The position numbers and the translations under genes were made by a program. Positions 41,855 through 56,152 of a DNA stretch of 64,000 bases are shown here, in pieces. The stretch is from Eledone cirrhosa. Its lineage: Eukaryota. Under the pieces are notes generated by a model. That model was not told where the DNA came from. It searched no databases and saw only the letters and a program-made list of their open reading frames with translations. The first letter of the stretch is position 1; every line of letters starts with the position of its first letter. The DNA lies in the NCBI GenBank assembly GCA_964016885.1, contig OZ024741.1:126976001-127040000 (forward strand), given 5' to 3'.

Positions 41855-44345
41855 TATTACTGCTGCTGTTGTTGTTGTTGTTGTTACTGTTGTTGTTGCT
41901 GCTGATTGTTACTGTCGCTGTTATTGTTTCTGTTATTGTTGCTGCTATTTATGTTGCTGTTGTTGTTGTTACTGCTGTTATTGTTACTGCTGTTATTGTT
42001 GTTGTTACTGTTGTTGTTGTTGCTGTTGTTGTTGTTACTGTTGTTGTCATTGTTGTTGTTGTTGTTACTGTTGTTGTCATTGTGCTGTTGTTGTTACTGT
42101 TGTTGTCATTGTTGCTGTTGTTGTTGTTACTGTTGTTGTCATTGTTGCTGTTGTTGTTGCTGTTGTTGTCATTGTGCTGTTGTTGTTACTGTTGTTGTCA
42201 TTGTTGCTGTTGTTGTTGTTACTGTTGTTGTCATTGTTGCTGTTGTTGTTGCTGTTGTTGTCATTGTTGCTGTTGTTGTTACTGTTGTTGTCATTGTTGT
42301 TGTTGTTGTCATTGTTGCTGTTGTTGTCATTGTTGCTGTTGTTGTTACTGTTGTTGTCATTGTTGTTGTTGCTGTTACTGTTGTTGTCATTGTTGCTGTT
42401 GTTGTTGCTGTTGTTGTCATTGTTGCTGTTGTTGTTACTGTTGTTGTCATTGTTGTTGTTGTTACTGTTGTTGTCATTGTTGCTGTTGTTGTTACTGTTG
42501 TTGTCATTGTTGCTGTTGTTGTTACTGTTGTTGTCATTGTTGCTGTTGTTGTTACTGTTGTTGTCATTGTTGCTTTGTTGTTACTGTTGTTGTCATTGTT
42601 GCTGTTGTTGTTACTGTTGTTGTCATTGTTGCTTTGTTGTTACTGTTGTTGTCATTGTTGTTGTTGTCATTGTTTCTGTTGTTGTCATTGTTGCTGTTGT
42701 TGTCATTGTTGCTTTGTTGTTACTGTTGTTGTCATTGCTGTTGTTGTTACTGTTGTTGTCATTGTTGTTGTCATTGTTGCTGTTGTTGTTACTGTTGTTG
42801 TCATTGTTGTTGTCATTGTTGCTGTTGTTGTTACTGTTGTTGTCATTGTTGCTGTTGTTGTTGCTGTTGTTGTTGTTGTTACTGTTGTTGTCATTGTTAC
42901 TGTTGTTGTTACTGTTGTTGTCATTGTGCTGTTGTTGTTACTGTTGTTGTCATTGCTGTTGTTGTTGTTACTGTTGTTGTCATTGTTGTTGTTGTTGTTA
43001 CTGTTGTTGTCATTGTTGCTGTTGTTGTTACTGTTGTTGTCATTGTTGCTGTTGTTGTTACTGTTGTTGTCATTGTTGCTTTGTTGTTACTGTTGTTGTC
43101 ATTGTTGCTTTGTTGTTACTGTTGTTGTCATTGTTGCTGTTGTTGTTACTGTTGTTGTCATTGTTGCTTTGTTGTTACTGTTGTTGTCATTGTTGCTTTG
43201 TTGTTACTGTTGTTGTCATTGCTGTTGTTGTTGTTACTGTTGTTGTCATTGTTGTTGTTGCTGTTGTTGTCATTGTTGTTGTTGTTGTCATTGTTGCTGT
43301 TGTTGTTACTGTTGTTGTCATTGTGCTGTTGTTGTTACTGTTGTTGTCATTGCTGCTGTTGTTGTTACTGTTGTTGTCATTGTGCTGTTGTTGTTACTGT
43401 TGTTGTCATTGTGCTGTTGTTGTTACTGTTGTTGTCATTGCTGCTGTTGTTGTTACTGTTGTTGTCATTGTGCTGTTGTTGTTGTTACTGTTGTTGTCAT
43501 TGCTGTTGTTGTTGTTACTGTTGTTGTCATTGTGCTGTTGTTGTTGTTACTGTTGTTGTCATTGCTGTTGTTGTTGTTACTGTTGTTGTCATTGTGCTGT
43601 TGTTGTTGTTACTGTTGTTGTCATTGCTGTTGTTGTTGTTGTTACTGTTGTTATTGCTGTTGTCGGTACTGTTATTGTCGTACTGTTGTTGTTCTTACAG
43701 TTGTTATTGTTACTGTTGTCGTTACTGCTGTGTTACTGCTGCTGTTGATGTTGCTGCTGCTATTGTTATTTGTGTTGCTGCTACTGCTATTGATGTTGCT
43801 GTTGTTGTTGTTATTGAAGTTGTTGTTATTGCTGCTGCTGTGATTGCTACTGTTGTTGTGGTTACTGTTATTGTTACTGTTGTTGTTGTGGTTACTGTTA
43901 CTGTTACTGTTGTTGTTGTTGTGGTTACTGTTATTGTTACTGTTGTTGTTGTTGTTACTGCTGTTATTGTTACTGCTGTTATTGTTGTTGTTACTGCTGT
44001 TATTGTTACTGTTGTTACTGTTGTTGTTATTGTTGCTGTTGTTGTTACTGCTGTTATTGTTACTGTTGTTGTTGTTGTTGTTACTGCTGTTATTGTTACT
44101 GTTGTTGTTGTTGTTGTTACTGCTGTTATTGTTACTGTTGTTGTTGTTGTTACTGCTGTTATTGTTACTGTTGTTGTTGTTGTTATTACTGCTGTTATTG
44201 TTACTGTTGTTGTTGTTGTTACTGCTGTTATTGTTACTGTTGTTGTTGTTGTTGTTACTGCTGTTATTGTTACTGTTGTTGTTGTTGTTACTGCTGTTAT
44301 TGTTGCTGATGCTGTTGTTGTTACTGCTGTCGTTGCTCTTGTTGT
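41855..44345. repeat. (GTT)n-derived minisatellite, about 30-bp unit gttgttgttactgttgttgtcattgttgct
   Basis: About 2.5 kb of cryptic trinucleotide repeat with 1-nt indels that shift frames. Confidence 0.92.
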
Positions 44346-45153
44346 AATAAGGCATTGAATTGGTAGAGTCGTTAGTGAGTCGAACATAATATCCTGAGGT
44401 ATTTGATTGATGGAATGGAATATACCCTCCGTCGGTTGCGACGACAATTATTTTTTATCAAGGGAGCAGAATGCTTGTATAATTAATGTCATGGGCTGAG
44501 CATTCCACGCGATACAGTATGAAACAGTGTGTGACAAGGCGGATCTTTTGAATTATATGTTCAACTCATTTTTGTCAGCTTATTCAACAGGAGTCATGTG
44601 AAATAAAGTGTCTTTCTCAAGGACATAATGCATCAGTGGGAATCGAACACACAACCTTATGAACCTGAACCGAACCACTAAACTATCTGCCTTCACATAT
44701 CATGTGGTATCCATGTCTATGGAAGATTTCTGTCACTGTTCATGTATTCCCATTATCCACTTTGCAGCTTAATATTTATTGTAGTAACATTTAACTTAAA
44801 TTCTAAAACTTCTACTTCGGTATAACCTTTACATCCTGTACAGACATTCTCTGTCAGTCAGGCATTTGCCGGAGTTTATATTATACAAATATATAAATTC
44901 ACAGCTACTTCAATCAACGAAATATGATCAGACAGGTGAGGCGAATGTTCCAACCCTTCTTAAGATCTTACTAGCACCATGTTGCGTACATGTCAAATAC
45001 ACTGCTTTCGTTACATTTTTGTTTTTTCTTGTCTTGGTAAACAAATTTGTTAAACAGAAGTAACCAATAATGAAAGTATTTAAAATAGGTTAGAATAACA
45101 TGCCGGAATAGAGAGAAAGAGGGAAGGAAAAGAGGAAAACTCTATACCCTATG

Positions 45154-45350
45154 CAGACCTGTCAACCTCTAAAATTCCAAACAGGGTGTAACATGACAAA
45201 AAGTGCCCCCAAAACGGGGAAAAATGAGACAAAATTGGGAGATTTTACATAATGAAAGCTATATCTATTTTCACAAGAGAAGACATCTTTTACCCCCTTT
45301 CAAAGTGGATGGGAGATCTCCCCGTCGGACGAGGAGAGTTGACAGGTCTG
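45154..45350. mobile_element. MITE with 13-bp TIRs and a 7-bp target-site duplication
   Basis: ccctatg|cagacctgtcaac ... gttgacaggtctg|ccctatg. Confidence 0.85.
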
Positions 45351-45654
45351 CCCTATGTTGAGTGGTATATTTCATCCGTGTCCCGCGAACTAGATAGTAA
45401 AACATTTCTGCAGAGTACAACCAGCGACACATGTGTCTCCTACCTTAAGTGAGATGCACTCCACCAGGGGTTAAATCTGCAATCCCTGGGCGGAGGACAC
45501 CATATGTCTTGACAGTAACCAATACGAAAATTAAACGGGTGGTCAAAACCCTATATTTTGATATTTTCTACTTTTCTCCGTTATTTCTTAATTCCGGGTG
45601 TAGCCACCAAGAAGGTGTGCAATATCGAAAATAATTAAATTACTGCAATAAATA

Positions 45655-45900
45655 TCGAGATCGCTTTATATTTGACACAAGTTTTCGTCCATTTGTTGCC
45701 CTGGGAGAGCCGCTAAAAGCACCGAGAGCATTTTATATCTAACACAAGATTATGATTGTTCGTTGTCCTGGTGCAGCTGCTAAAACACCGAGAGCGCTTT
45801 ATATCTAACACAAGATTATGATCGTTCGTTGTCCTGGTGCAGCTGCTAAAACATCGAGAGCACTTTATATCTGACACAAGTTTTCGTTCGTTTGTTGTCC
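45655..45900. repeat. Degenerate tandem repeat, about 66-bp unit x3-4
   Basis: gctaaaacaccgagagcgctttatatctaacacaag...gttcgttgtcctggtgca recurs. Confidence 0.8.
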
Positions 45901-46233
45901 GGAAATGAAAAAGAAACAGTTGCTTATGACAGGACCCGCAGGAAAGCGTACTTTGATGTCTCGGCTATAACGACTCTTCCAGGAATAAGTGGATGATGAA
46001 GAAAAACAACAACAACAAACATACCGTTTCTGTTCATTTTTGATTACCTAAGAGGCAATTTATGAGAACAAAGTGTCGCAAAATTACTATGGCTACCTGT
46101 GTATTTCTGTGCCCACACACACAAACACACACATTTGTAAGTATGTGTGTTGGTATGTATGAGTGTGGGGGTTTTATTTGTGTATATACATGGTGTGTGC
46201 CCCTGTTTGTATGTGTGGATGCAAGGATGTGTT

Positions 46234-46271
<38 letters not shown>

Positions 46272-46858
46272 GATAGATAGATATAGATATATATATGCTT
46301 ATAACTCACTTAAACTTGTCACTAGATTTAATGTGAACACGCGTTCATTGCAGAAAATCTTTAGAATGATATCATTTCAAATTAATACTTTCATTGTCAT
46401 GTTTTAATGAAAAACATTACTTAGAATTTAAAATCATTTTGAAAATAATCAAGAATTTTGTGGGATATATAACATAACTAGTTCTTTTTGTTATCAAGCT
46501 GGTCTTTAGAATACAATAATAAATATTTTTACATAAAATTTCGATGGCATGCTTTTAGGCAAATATCAACACTTTAAATCTCTTTTTATCGTAGAACCAG
46601 GGGCAGTTTCAGTGGGGTTAGTATCAAAAGGGTTAAATATAGTTGGTATTGACAAAGTCTTAGATCGGCTTTGTCCCCTGCTCACACAATATCAGCGGAC
46701 ATTGACTGAAGCCGGTATTCCCCCGCTCAGATCGTTGTTTTTTAACATGTGGTATTATTTTATTAATCTCTGTTTCATGAATCGCTATGTTGTGTGACAT
46801 TATCAAAACAAATTTACACCACAGACACTCACAAACACACACACACATACATACATAG

Positions 46859-46991
<133 letters not shown>

Positions 46992-47030
46992 TATATATAG
47001 AGATATATATACATATATATATAGATATAT

Positions 47031-47268
47031 ATAAATAAATTATACAATTATCAAAGTTGTGTTCAAATCATTTAATAGCTGACAATCGTTTCTTCCAAAC
47101 TTTCGTTTGGAGTCATCGGAGCATTATCAATGTTCAGTTGAATAGGAGGGTAATTATATGTGCAAACATTGATAATGCTCCGATGATTCCAAACGAGATT
47201 TTGGAAGAAACGATTGTCAGCTATTAAATGATTTGAACACAACTTTGATAATTGTATAATTTATTTAT
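47031..47268. repeat. Inverted repeat (104-bp arms, 30-bp spacer) carrying a hammerhead with a CCGATGA core (47174-47225 +; mirror 47074-47125 -)
   Basis: aatgct-CCGATGA-ttccaaa cgagat tttggaa-GAAA-cgattg-TC-agctatt. Confidence 0.8.
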
Positions 47269-47525
47269 TTAACTTCTCTGTAAAACAACTGATGTTCATA
47301 CATTGAGCTATTTCTCTTACTGGTAATAAGGTAAGTAAGAAATTACTGACCTTCCTGTTTATAGTTGTTTATACTATATACATAACTATAAATAGTATTA
47401 TTATTATTATATATATATATATATATTTATTAAAATAACAGATTAACGTTTAAGCAAAGAATCGCTGCTTTCACCCTTAACGGGATCTCCTGAAACTAAA
47501 TATATATATATGTATATATATATAA

Positions 47526-47799
47526 CGTATTCGCGGCATTCGCGGTCCCGGTTATTTTCCTTAGAACCTAACTAATAATTGTTCGTGGAAACCACCGCAG
47601 AATAGTAAAAATTTTCGCGACTTTTTTGTGGCTTTTTTCGTGGCAATATATATTTTTTCACTCTTATTAACGCTAAATGATTAATAACAATATATGTTTT
47701 GATGTTTCTAGGAATGTTTATGGACCACATCCAATATTCACGGTTTTTCACTCTTCGCGGGTGCTCTAGGAACGCAACCCCGCGAATACCGGGGGACAA

Positions 47800-47802
<3 letters not shown>
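47526..47802. mobile_element. Probable pogo/Tigger-type MITE with the left end truncated
   Basis: gtattcgcgg at the left is inverted relative to ccgcgaatac-cgggggacaactg at the right (CAGT-type terminus). Confidence 0.5.
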
Positions 47803-47832
<30 letters not shown>

Positions 47833-48015
47833 ATAAATATACGTGTGTTTGTGTGTTTCCCTTCCACTGGGTGGGTAAGAGGCACCATCATCGAAACTTC
47901 GAAGTCACTGCCACATTTTTCTTCGGAAAATACAACTTATACTATGATCATGTATACTGAATGCTCATTCAGTTTGTATTTGATTGTTCTTTGCATGCTT
48001 ATACATAGACCATAC

Positions 48016-48049
<34 letters not shown>

Positions 48050-48193
48050 AGGGAGACAGGCAGAGGGAGTATAAGATGTTGCTAGACAAGTAATACTTTT
48101 AAAGATGTAGAGTGGCAATATTATATTGTAAACCCGATGATCAGCCTTAAACCATTTCGACAGCTGATGTTCAGTTAAGGCTGGACATCATTA

Positions 48194-48283
<90 letters not shown>

Positions 48284-49104
48284 ATTATATATGAGAATAT
48301 TAGCACATACTTGGCTCAAATTTGTGGCCATGTGCTTTACAAACAAGGACAATCCGTCATTTTACATCGTGATTTTACTGAATTTGAGAGATTCTATACG
48401 ATGTATAATTGTATTTTATGTATATGATTAAATAAACGTCAATGTAGATAAAATAACTTAGGTCGTTGAGTAAGTTTTTATTATGACCGAAGTTAGCAAT
48501 ACAATAACATTGAGAAATGTCTGAGCATCATATCTTATTGTCCACACTTCTATATAGTTTCGTCGTAGGTTATTTACGACCATTAATTACAACATGTATG
48601 GAAGGGCGGTAGAGCGTCAGACATGATTTGCAGCATAGAGCTATGGCCCCTTGCGTTCTGATTTCAAATCCCACCGAGATTGGCTTTGCCTTTCATCCTT
48701 ACGGGGTCGATAAAATAAAATAAAGCACCAGTAATGCACTGGGGTAATTGCTGGCCCTGGTCCAAAAGTAGAAACAATTAATTACAACACCTTGAGCGCT
48801 TCTACCAGCTCTGCCTTTGCACCAATCTCAACATTCATTGGAGTAACTTTGTTACCAACAAATAAAGCCCTTGTACAAGCAGAGATCAGCAGTATCGTGA
48901 TCATGTGGGATAGTCATGAGATCATCGAATAGAAGGCTTCGTGATAATTGCTTTGGCTCTTCGCACTTTCAGTTTTAATGTCGTCAGTCGAGGTCAACTT
49001 TGCTTTTAATTATTTTGAGGTCGATAAATATAGGATCAGTCCAGAACTGGGGTCGATTTTTCTATATATCTTTTTCACTTCCTCTCCCTTACTCTGTATC
49101 TCTC

Positions 49105-49187
<83 letters not shown>

Positions 49188-50627
49188 GGAAAGAGGAAAT
49201 GGGATATGGTGTATGATGTATGGTGGGACCCGGAAAGGGATAAGCTTCACCGGGTTTGATATGGCCAACACGTTCCGTATATCTCCACGGTGCTCCCTAC
49301 GACACAAACGAGAGTTCAGTCTCTTTATATTGGGATTTGGGCTGTCAAAATTCTAGTATGGCAATGCTTTGTATCTTGAGAGTGAATTTATTGACATACA
49401 AATGTGTTATGTTGTCTTGTATTTATTTACGATAATTAAATAACGGGCTTTCACTGAGAGTTCCTTTTTTGTTCTGGTTGCCATCGAAACCTCCAATGTC
49501 TTCGTTCCTAGGACTGCCATTTTCCCTCCGCAAAATCGGGAGGACGGCATCTTGTCTGATGTGGGTATTGCTGGCTGTTCTCTGTGGCAATGCTTTCGGC
49601 ATTTTGTACCCCCTCTCCATCCCCAGCCAAAGATGTAGAGTGTTCCCGTGGTTTCTTTTTTATCTCTCTTTCTCTCCACTCCCTTTTCATCTTTTTCTTA
49701 CTTTCTTCCTGTCTGTAAGGAGTATGAAATTTTGAAATTTAATTTTACAAATATGTTTGAAAAATGCTGCTAAATAATTCCTTGTTTGTTGTTCAGTGAA
49801 AATATATGAGTGCACATATTTATGTTGTATTTATAAACCAAACGCCGCGTATAAAATCGATGAATACGATCAATGGATTTCTCGATTGATTAATGAAAAT
49901 GAAAATTAACGAAACCTATTATCATCTAGCACAACAACACAAACAACTCCCAAACAATACATCGATAATGCTAATACTCTTTCTAAAGGGTGTTATAGTG
50001 AAGGGCGAAAAGAAATTATTCAAGAGAAATTTACAGTGAAGTGAGGAGAAGGGATACAAGATATATTTCATGTATATTTCATGTTCTAATTTGATAGCAG
50101 CAATTCAATCTTTAATGACTATGGCTAGAACATCAATAGTTGTTTTTTTTACTTGAAATCTCCCGCTTCGTGGAAGACCAATAGACCGCTTCTAGGTTAG
50201 GAATAAGCAGAAGTGACATTAATGCCAGAAAAAAATTCTATATACTGCATATTCTTGCATATTTAATATAGCAAATAATAGATGTCGATAAAATAATTGA
50301 TGAAAAAAGATGTAATTGAAATGTGATGCGAATGTAACAAAAGAACAGATAAAAGAAATGATGATAACATCATTTAAAGGGAAGAATGATATAACAAAAT
50401 AAAATATCAATAACAGAAAACGATACAAAAAAATTAAATTGAAGAAACTAACATTAAGCAAGGTACTTGTTAAACCTTGAAACAATTATATTTGGTATTA
50501 AAACTTGTTAACCCTGGTTATATATTAAAACGATTCAGTTACTTTCAGGAAATGTTCCTGACTGGAGCAAAAAACGGATTAGTCCACTCTCTCTCTCTCT
50601 CTCTCTCTTTCCTTCTCTTTCTCTTTA

Positions 50628-50659
<32 letters not shown>

Positions 50660-51202
50660 AGCTTTGGGAAATGTTCTTAAATCAACCGACTGTTTACATT
50701 TCTATCTACATGCATATAATCTTCTAAAAAGACAGAATTAGTGGCCTTGCACGTACACCTATCCATGACTTTTACTGCAGGGGTTTTTATTCTATTTTCT
50801 AAACTATTTACTGTTTGACTGTTATAGTAATTTACATTGCGATAACTACAGTAAAACTTTCGAACTTTCTCTATGCTTTTTAAGTCAAACTATTAAATAC
50901 GTTATATATATTATCTATACATATTCGAAGCCGGCTTTGTTACATTGTGTGTTATGCGGAATCTCCCTGACAACTACGGTAAGAGTACGCGTGTCTGTGG
51001 AATGTTCAGCCACTTGCACATTAACTTCACGAGCAGGCTGTTCCGATGATCGGATCTAGAACACTCGTCGTCGTAACCGATGGAGTGCCAGTTAGTTCCA
51101 TATTATATATACTATATATTATATATATATAACAACGCTGGTTGACTAAAGAAACATAGAGAATATATTTTATATATGATAAAACCTTTATAAATACAGA
51201 GA

Positions 51203-51254
<52 letters not shown>

Positions 51255-51549
51255 TCATATGCCAAAATATATGAATTTCTCCGTAAATTGTTAAATTGCT
51301 AACATCTTTAATTGTTGGACTCTCATCTAAAGACGTGTATATCATCTAATCAACCACAAGAAAATACCAATTTGCTCTCAGTATTATTCTGAAATTTGTA
51401 TATAATTAGCGCTCGTGTTAATAAGTAATTAAGATATATAGGTAAAAGTTTGGTAGCAGCCGAAGTGTAAGATAAAGATATATCTGTATAATTACAAAGT
51501 GTGTAACTGAGATTTCACCAACGTATATATATATATATATATTATATAT

Positions 51550-51603
<54 letters not shown>

Positions 51604-51607
51604 ATAT

Positions 51608-51655
<48 letters not shown>

Positions 51656-51659
51656 ATAT

Positions 51660-51744
<85 letters not shown>

Positions 51745-51842
51745 TTATTTATTTATTCCCTGTCTAGCTGAGGGGCTGAAGCTATACTGGGACTCCGCCA
51801 TATATGTATATATTATATTATATATATATATATATGTGTATG

Positions 51843-51899
<57 letters not shown>

Positions 51900-52417
51900 T
51901 GTGCGTGTGGTGAAAAGCTGAAAGCAAGAATGAATGAATAAAAGGATATCAAAGAAAAAACGATGCAAGAAAATGAAGAAAGGAAAGTAATAGAGGAGGA
52001 TGGGAGAGTGAAACAAACAAGAATGTATATAGTGGAATTCTGCTGCCAAGGGCAACTGTGATTGATAGTTGTAGAAGAGATGTAGAACGGCGAGAGTGTA
52101 TCCCTCTACAATGTGTATAAGTATGGATTAGTGTTCGAAAATATATATGCCCGCACACATACATATACGCCTCTACATGTACATATATACACACAATAGG
52201 CTGACACGCATCTATATATAAGTATATACGCTCAAAAGACGAATATATACACACATATGCATATGCATATGCATATATACACACACTTACGCATACACGC
52301 ATATGCTTACGTACACACATACGTATAAACACATACATGTATATGTGTAAGCACATTTTGTACACAAACAAAAATTCTTTTCTCCATACGCTAGTAAATA
52401 ATGATGTGTGTGTGTGA

Positions 52418-52475
<58 letters not shown>

Positions 52476-53459
52476 ATGCTCACACATGCGCGCATACACA
52501 CATCTGTGTGTAGACATATGTTTAGTAACAGGTGTATACACGGTCACTGTTCTCCATAATAAATAGTGATATATATAATGCCTCTGTCTGTGTGTGTATG
52601 TGTGCGTGAGTGTGTGTATGTGTGCGTGAGTGTGTGTATGTCTGCGTGTGCGTGTGTGTGTACCGAATTATAATTCTATAACCTGTTAATGATAATTGTT
52701 TCTACTTTTGGCACAAGGCCAGCAATTTACCAGTGTATTACTGGTACTTTATTTTATCGACCCCCGTAAGGATGAAAGCAAAGTTAACCTCGGCGGGATT
52801 TGAACTCAGATCGTAAAGTGACGCAACTACGCTGGAAAGCATGTGTGACCCTCTACCAATACTCCCAGTTCACCGCCCTTAATGATAATACATTGTAACT
52901 TCGAGTTTCATTCTAAGCAAATATCCGCGTGATATGCGGTATTATATGAAGCTTTTGGCAATGCATTTAATTTTAAAGTTTTAAAGAGTGCGGTTAGTTC
53001 ATAAAATATTAATACAGCTGGTGTGCACCATTGTGATCAGTTGAAATTATTTCAAAATGTATGAAATGAAAGCCACACAAAATATATATAAATATATATA
53101 TATATAAAATATGAAATCAGGAAAAAGGAGATAAAATATAACATAAAATGAAAGAAAAAATTGTTGATTATATGGGCATCAGTAGAGAAAGTTAAGTATC
53201 AGGAACGGCTGTAATGTTTATAAGCTGCTGTAGCAAGTGCAGATAATGGGAATGTTTTTAATAAATAGTTAAATATAAAATCCTTCTGTTATATGGGAAA
53301 AGATTTGAAAATGTCAAAATGAACATTTTCTATTAATGGAAATGTACCATTGTATTTAATTGTTGTTCTACGTGTGCAGTTAGACTCATTATATAGTTAG
53401 TTTACATGCCATATGGTATTACTGCTCCTATTAAATCTTTCTGTCATGGTGACTGATTT

Positions 53460-53680
53460 GGATAGGAATATTTTAGCAATATTAGATTTAAAATTTCATG
53501 AAACAGAAATCTTGAGATAGATTTTCTTACGTCTTTTCTTGGTGTTGGTTGACGGGGGATGGCTATACATGATCTTGTCATTGAATTCACTAGCTTCTAA
53601 TATTGTACTGTAATAGGGAGCTGGCTGATCGAAGATATCTTTTTTATGTCAGGCTTGGGATTCTAATATGTATGTTGACC
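53460..53680 (-). pseudogene. Old Hydra-like PLE fragment (RT thumb and linker)
   Basis: KDIFDQPAPYYSTILEASEFNDKIMY...KKRRKK resembles EDIFNKAADYYNRALISAGFNRGISY of the 36-kb element. Confidence 0.55.
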
Positions 53681-53929
53681 CTTAAAACTATTAACTCATA
53701 ATTCATGACAGGAAAGCCCAAATACTAACAAAATATATCTTGCAGTTATTTCAATAACATGTTACATATTGGGTATGAAACTTACAAGCAATTAATACGA
53801 TGATGTTTTATATCATATTAAGAAGACCTGAAAAACAAACACAGAGCATGGAATAGGTTTGAACAAAGAAGTTTCGCACGTGGACACAGGCATCATATTT
53901 GATGATGAATTTTACCCGCCCTAGAAAGA

Positions 53930-53971
<42 letters not shown>

Positions 53972-53973
<2 letters not shown>

Positions 53974-54460
53974 TAAAATAACAGATTAAAGTTTAAGCAA
54001 AGAATCGCTGCTTTCACCCTTAACGGGATCTTCTGAAACTAACAAGGTCAATCTGTGAACGCAGAAGTGAATATTTCAAAAAACGTTGCAACCGGAGGAA
54101 GACAGGAAGACGATACTTTGGTTCGTGGAAACGTTCCCTGGCAAAGAACGGGGAAAAACGAATATAATACGTCATTATTTGGAGCGGTGAAAAACAATTA
54201 CACGCAAAGACAAAACCACGTTTATGGTATAAAAGAAGTCGTAGACTATTGCAACGTTTTTTGAAATATTCACTTCTGCGTTCATAGATTGACTTTGTTA
54301 GTTTCAGAAGATCCCGTTAAGGGTGAAAGCAGAGATTCTTTGCTTAAACTTTAATCTGTTATTTTAATAAATATTTGCTCTACGGTTCTTATATATTTGA
54401 TATATATTTATCCTTATCGAGCCCTCTTTGGATTTTAGTCTTCAAATTTATTATTATTAC
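53972..54460. mobile_element. Inverted pair of 3' UTR/pLTR pieces of the 15-16.7 kb PLE family
   Basis: 53972-54248 is the reverse complement of about 16328-16605; 54249-54460 is a direct copy of about 16484-16695. Related pieces lie at about 22845, 23885, 47430 and 63860-64000. Confidence 0.85.
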
Positions 54461-54483
54461 TATATATATATATATATACATAT

Positions 54484-55100
54484 ATGCTGAATATAAAACC
54501 TTCTCCCAATCTCCATGTCTCCTCCGATAAAACCAAAAACGTTTATGAGGTAGACCCACAAACCTATAATAAGCTGGCAAAAAATGCCATCACGAACATC
54601 TACAAAAAGGTAAATGAGATGGCATTGACTGAGACAAATGCGGCCGGAAAAGAAATCGCTAAATCCCTTAAATTACACGACCGAACCGAACCTTTAAGGG
54701 TAAAGACCCCGCACTTTACCCTGAGGACCACAAGAGAAATTTCCTCAACAAACCATCAGTTAGACTTATCAATCCCACACGTTCGGACATCAGCTCTATC
54801 AGTGAAAAGATCCTCGATAGAGTTCTACCATCATTGCGGGCTGCCTCACCACTCCCACTCTGGAGCAGAACATCTGAGGCAATATCTTGGTTCCAAGAAT
54901 TGCCTGACAAACGCCACACTCGCTTCCTGAAACTTGACATAGAAAACTGCTATGTTTCTATCTCAGAGCCCCCCCCCCCCCCCCAAAGGACGCACTTACT
55001 TTTGCCAGGAATTTTACCACCATAACTGACGCTGAGCAAGATGTTATCCTCCATGCCCGTAAGACCTTCCTATACCACGAGGGATCTTACTGGATGGAAT
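54484..55100 (+). pseudogene. Hydra-like PLE RT N-terminal fragment, frameshifted
   Basis: SSDKTKNVY...YNKLAKNAITNIYKK...FTL/DHKRNF...VRLINPTRSDIS...LWSRTSEAISWF...FLKLDIENCYVSIS. Confidence 0.8.
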
Positions 55101-55111
55101 AATATATATAT

Positions 55112-55470
55112 ACTACTACTACTACTACTTTGACGCTATACTCCCCCCAGTTGCAGACTGCATATAAACATGAGATATTTTTCTTCGCAAAGTTCGATCA
55201 CCAACAGCAGAGTTTAAAGAGCAAAGATAAAGTCCAGTCCATAAGTTAACATTATCAAGCCATCGTTTTGGTTGCGGGCCTTTGTTTTAGCCAACCTTCC
55301 TTCCGGACATAACCTACTCACACCGCGAGTTGATCTTTTTATATTACCGCATACTTTGAGTACACTTGACTTGACAATTGATGTAATTGGTCTAAGTTTG
55401 GTAATGTTGAGCAGCTCGCTGATATAGATACGGTCGCTGAGCCGCTTGCCAGTCCTGCCAATGTTATTTA
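55112..55470 (-). mobile_element. 3' fragment of an RTE-clade LINE with a (TAG)n tail
   Basis: Minus-strand remnant LLNITKLRPITSIVKS...CPEG...PKRWLDNVNLWTGL followed by gtagtagtag. Confidence 0.6.
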
Positions 55471-55558
55471 AATATATATTTTGTAAATAGACGTAACGGT
55501 CTTTCAGGGAAACAGTTTACTGCGTATATATTTATAAGTAATATGTTGCACAGTTATA

Positions 55559-55637
<79 letters not shown>

Positions 55638-56152
55638 GCATATAATATGATATACGAGTATGCACGTACACAAAAGAGGGGTTCATAGATTCCCACTCGT
55701 ACATAGATTTACATTCGTATTTGTGTATATTGTGATTGCACTTCTCTACTGCAACTAGTAGTTTCACCATTATGATGGTCACAATATGAACACCATTCAC
55801 TACGTAGTAACATATTTTTGAACATGATGAGAGAATATAGCAGCTGAGATGAGTATGAAACATCATAGCATACTTCGCCCGTTCTCTTGAAACTTAAAGC
55901 ATTACAAGGATAAAATAATGGTTTCTACTTTAGGCACAAGGCCAACAGTTTTGGGGGAAAGGAGAAGTCGATTAAATCGACACCAGTGCATTACCGGTAC
56001 TTTATTTTATCGACCCTGTAAGGATGAAAAGCAAAGTTAACCTCGGTGGGATTTGAACTCAGATCATAAAGGGCCGTAACTCTATGCTGCAAAGCATGTT
56101 GTCCGACGCCCTACTAATACTGCCGATCAGCTGCCCTCACCGAACATAAAAT

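Noticed and set aside
41835-44447. Long ORFs (637-829 aa) and a mucin-like Thr/Asn-rich reverse frame
   Set aside because: GTT-based repeat lacking stops by composition; frequent 1-nt indels switch the residue pattern, which is inconsistent with coding.
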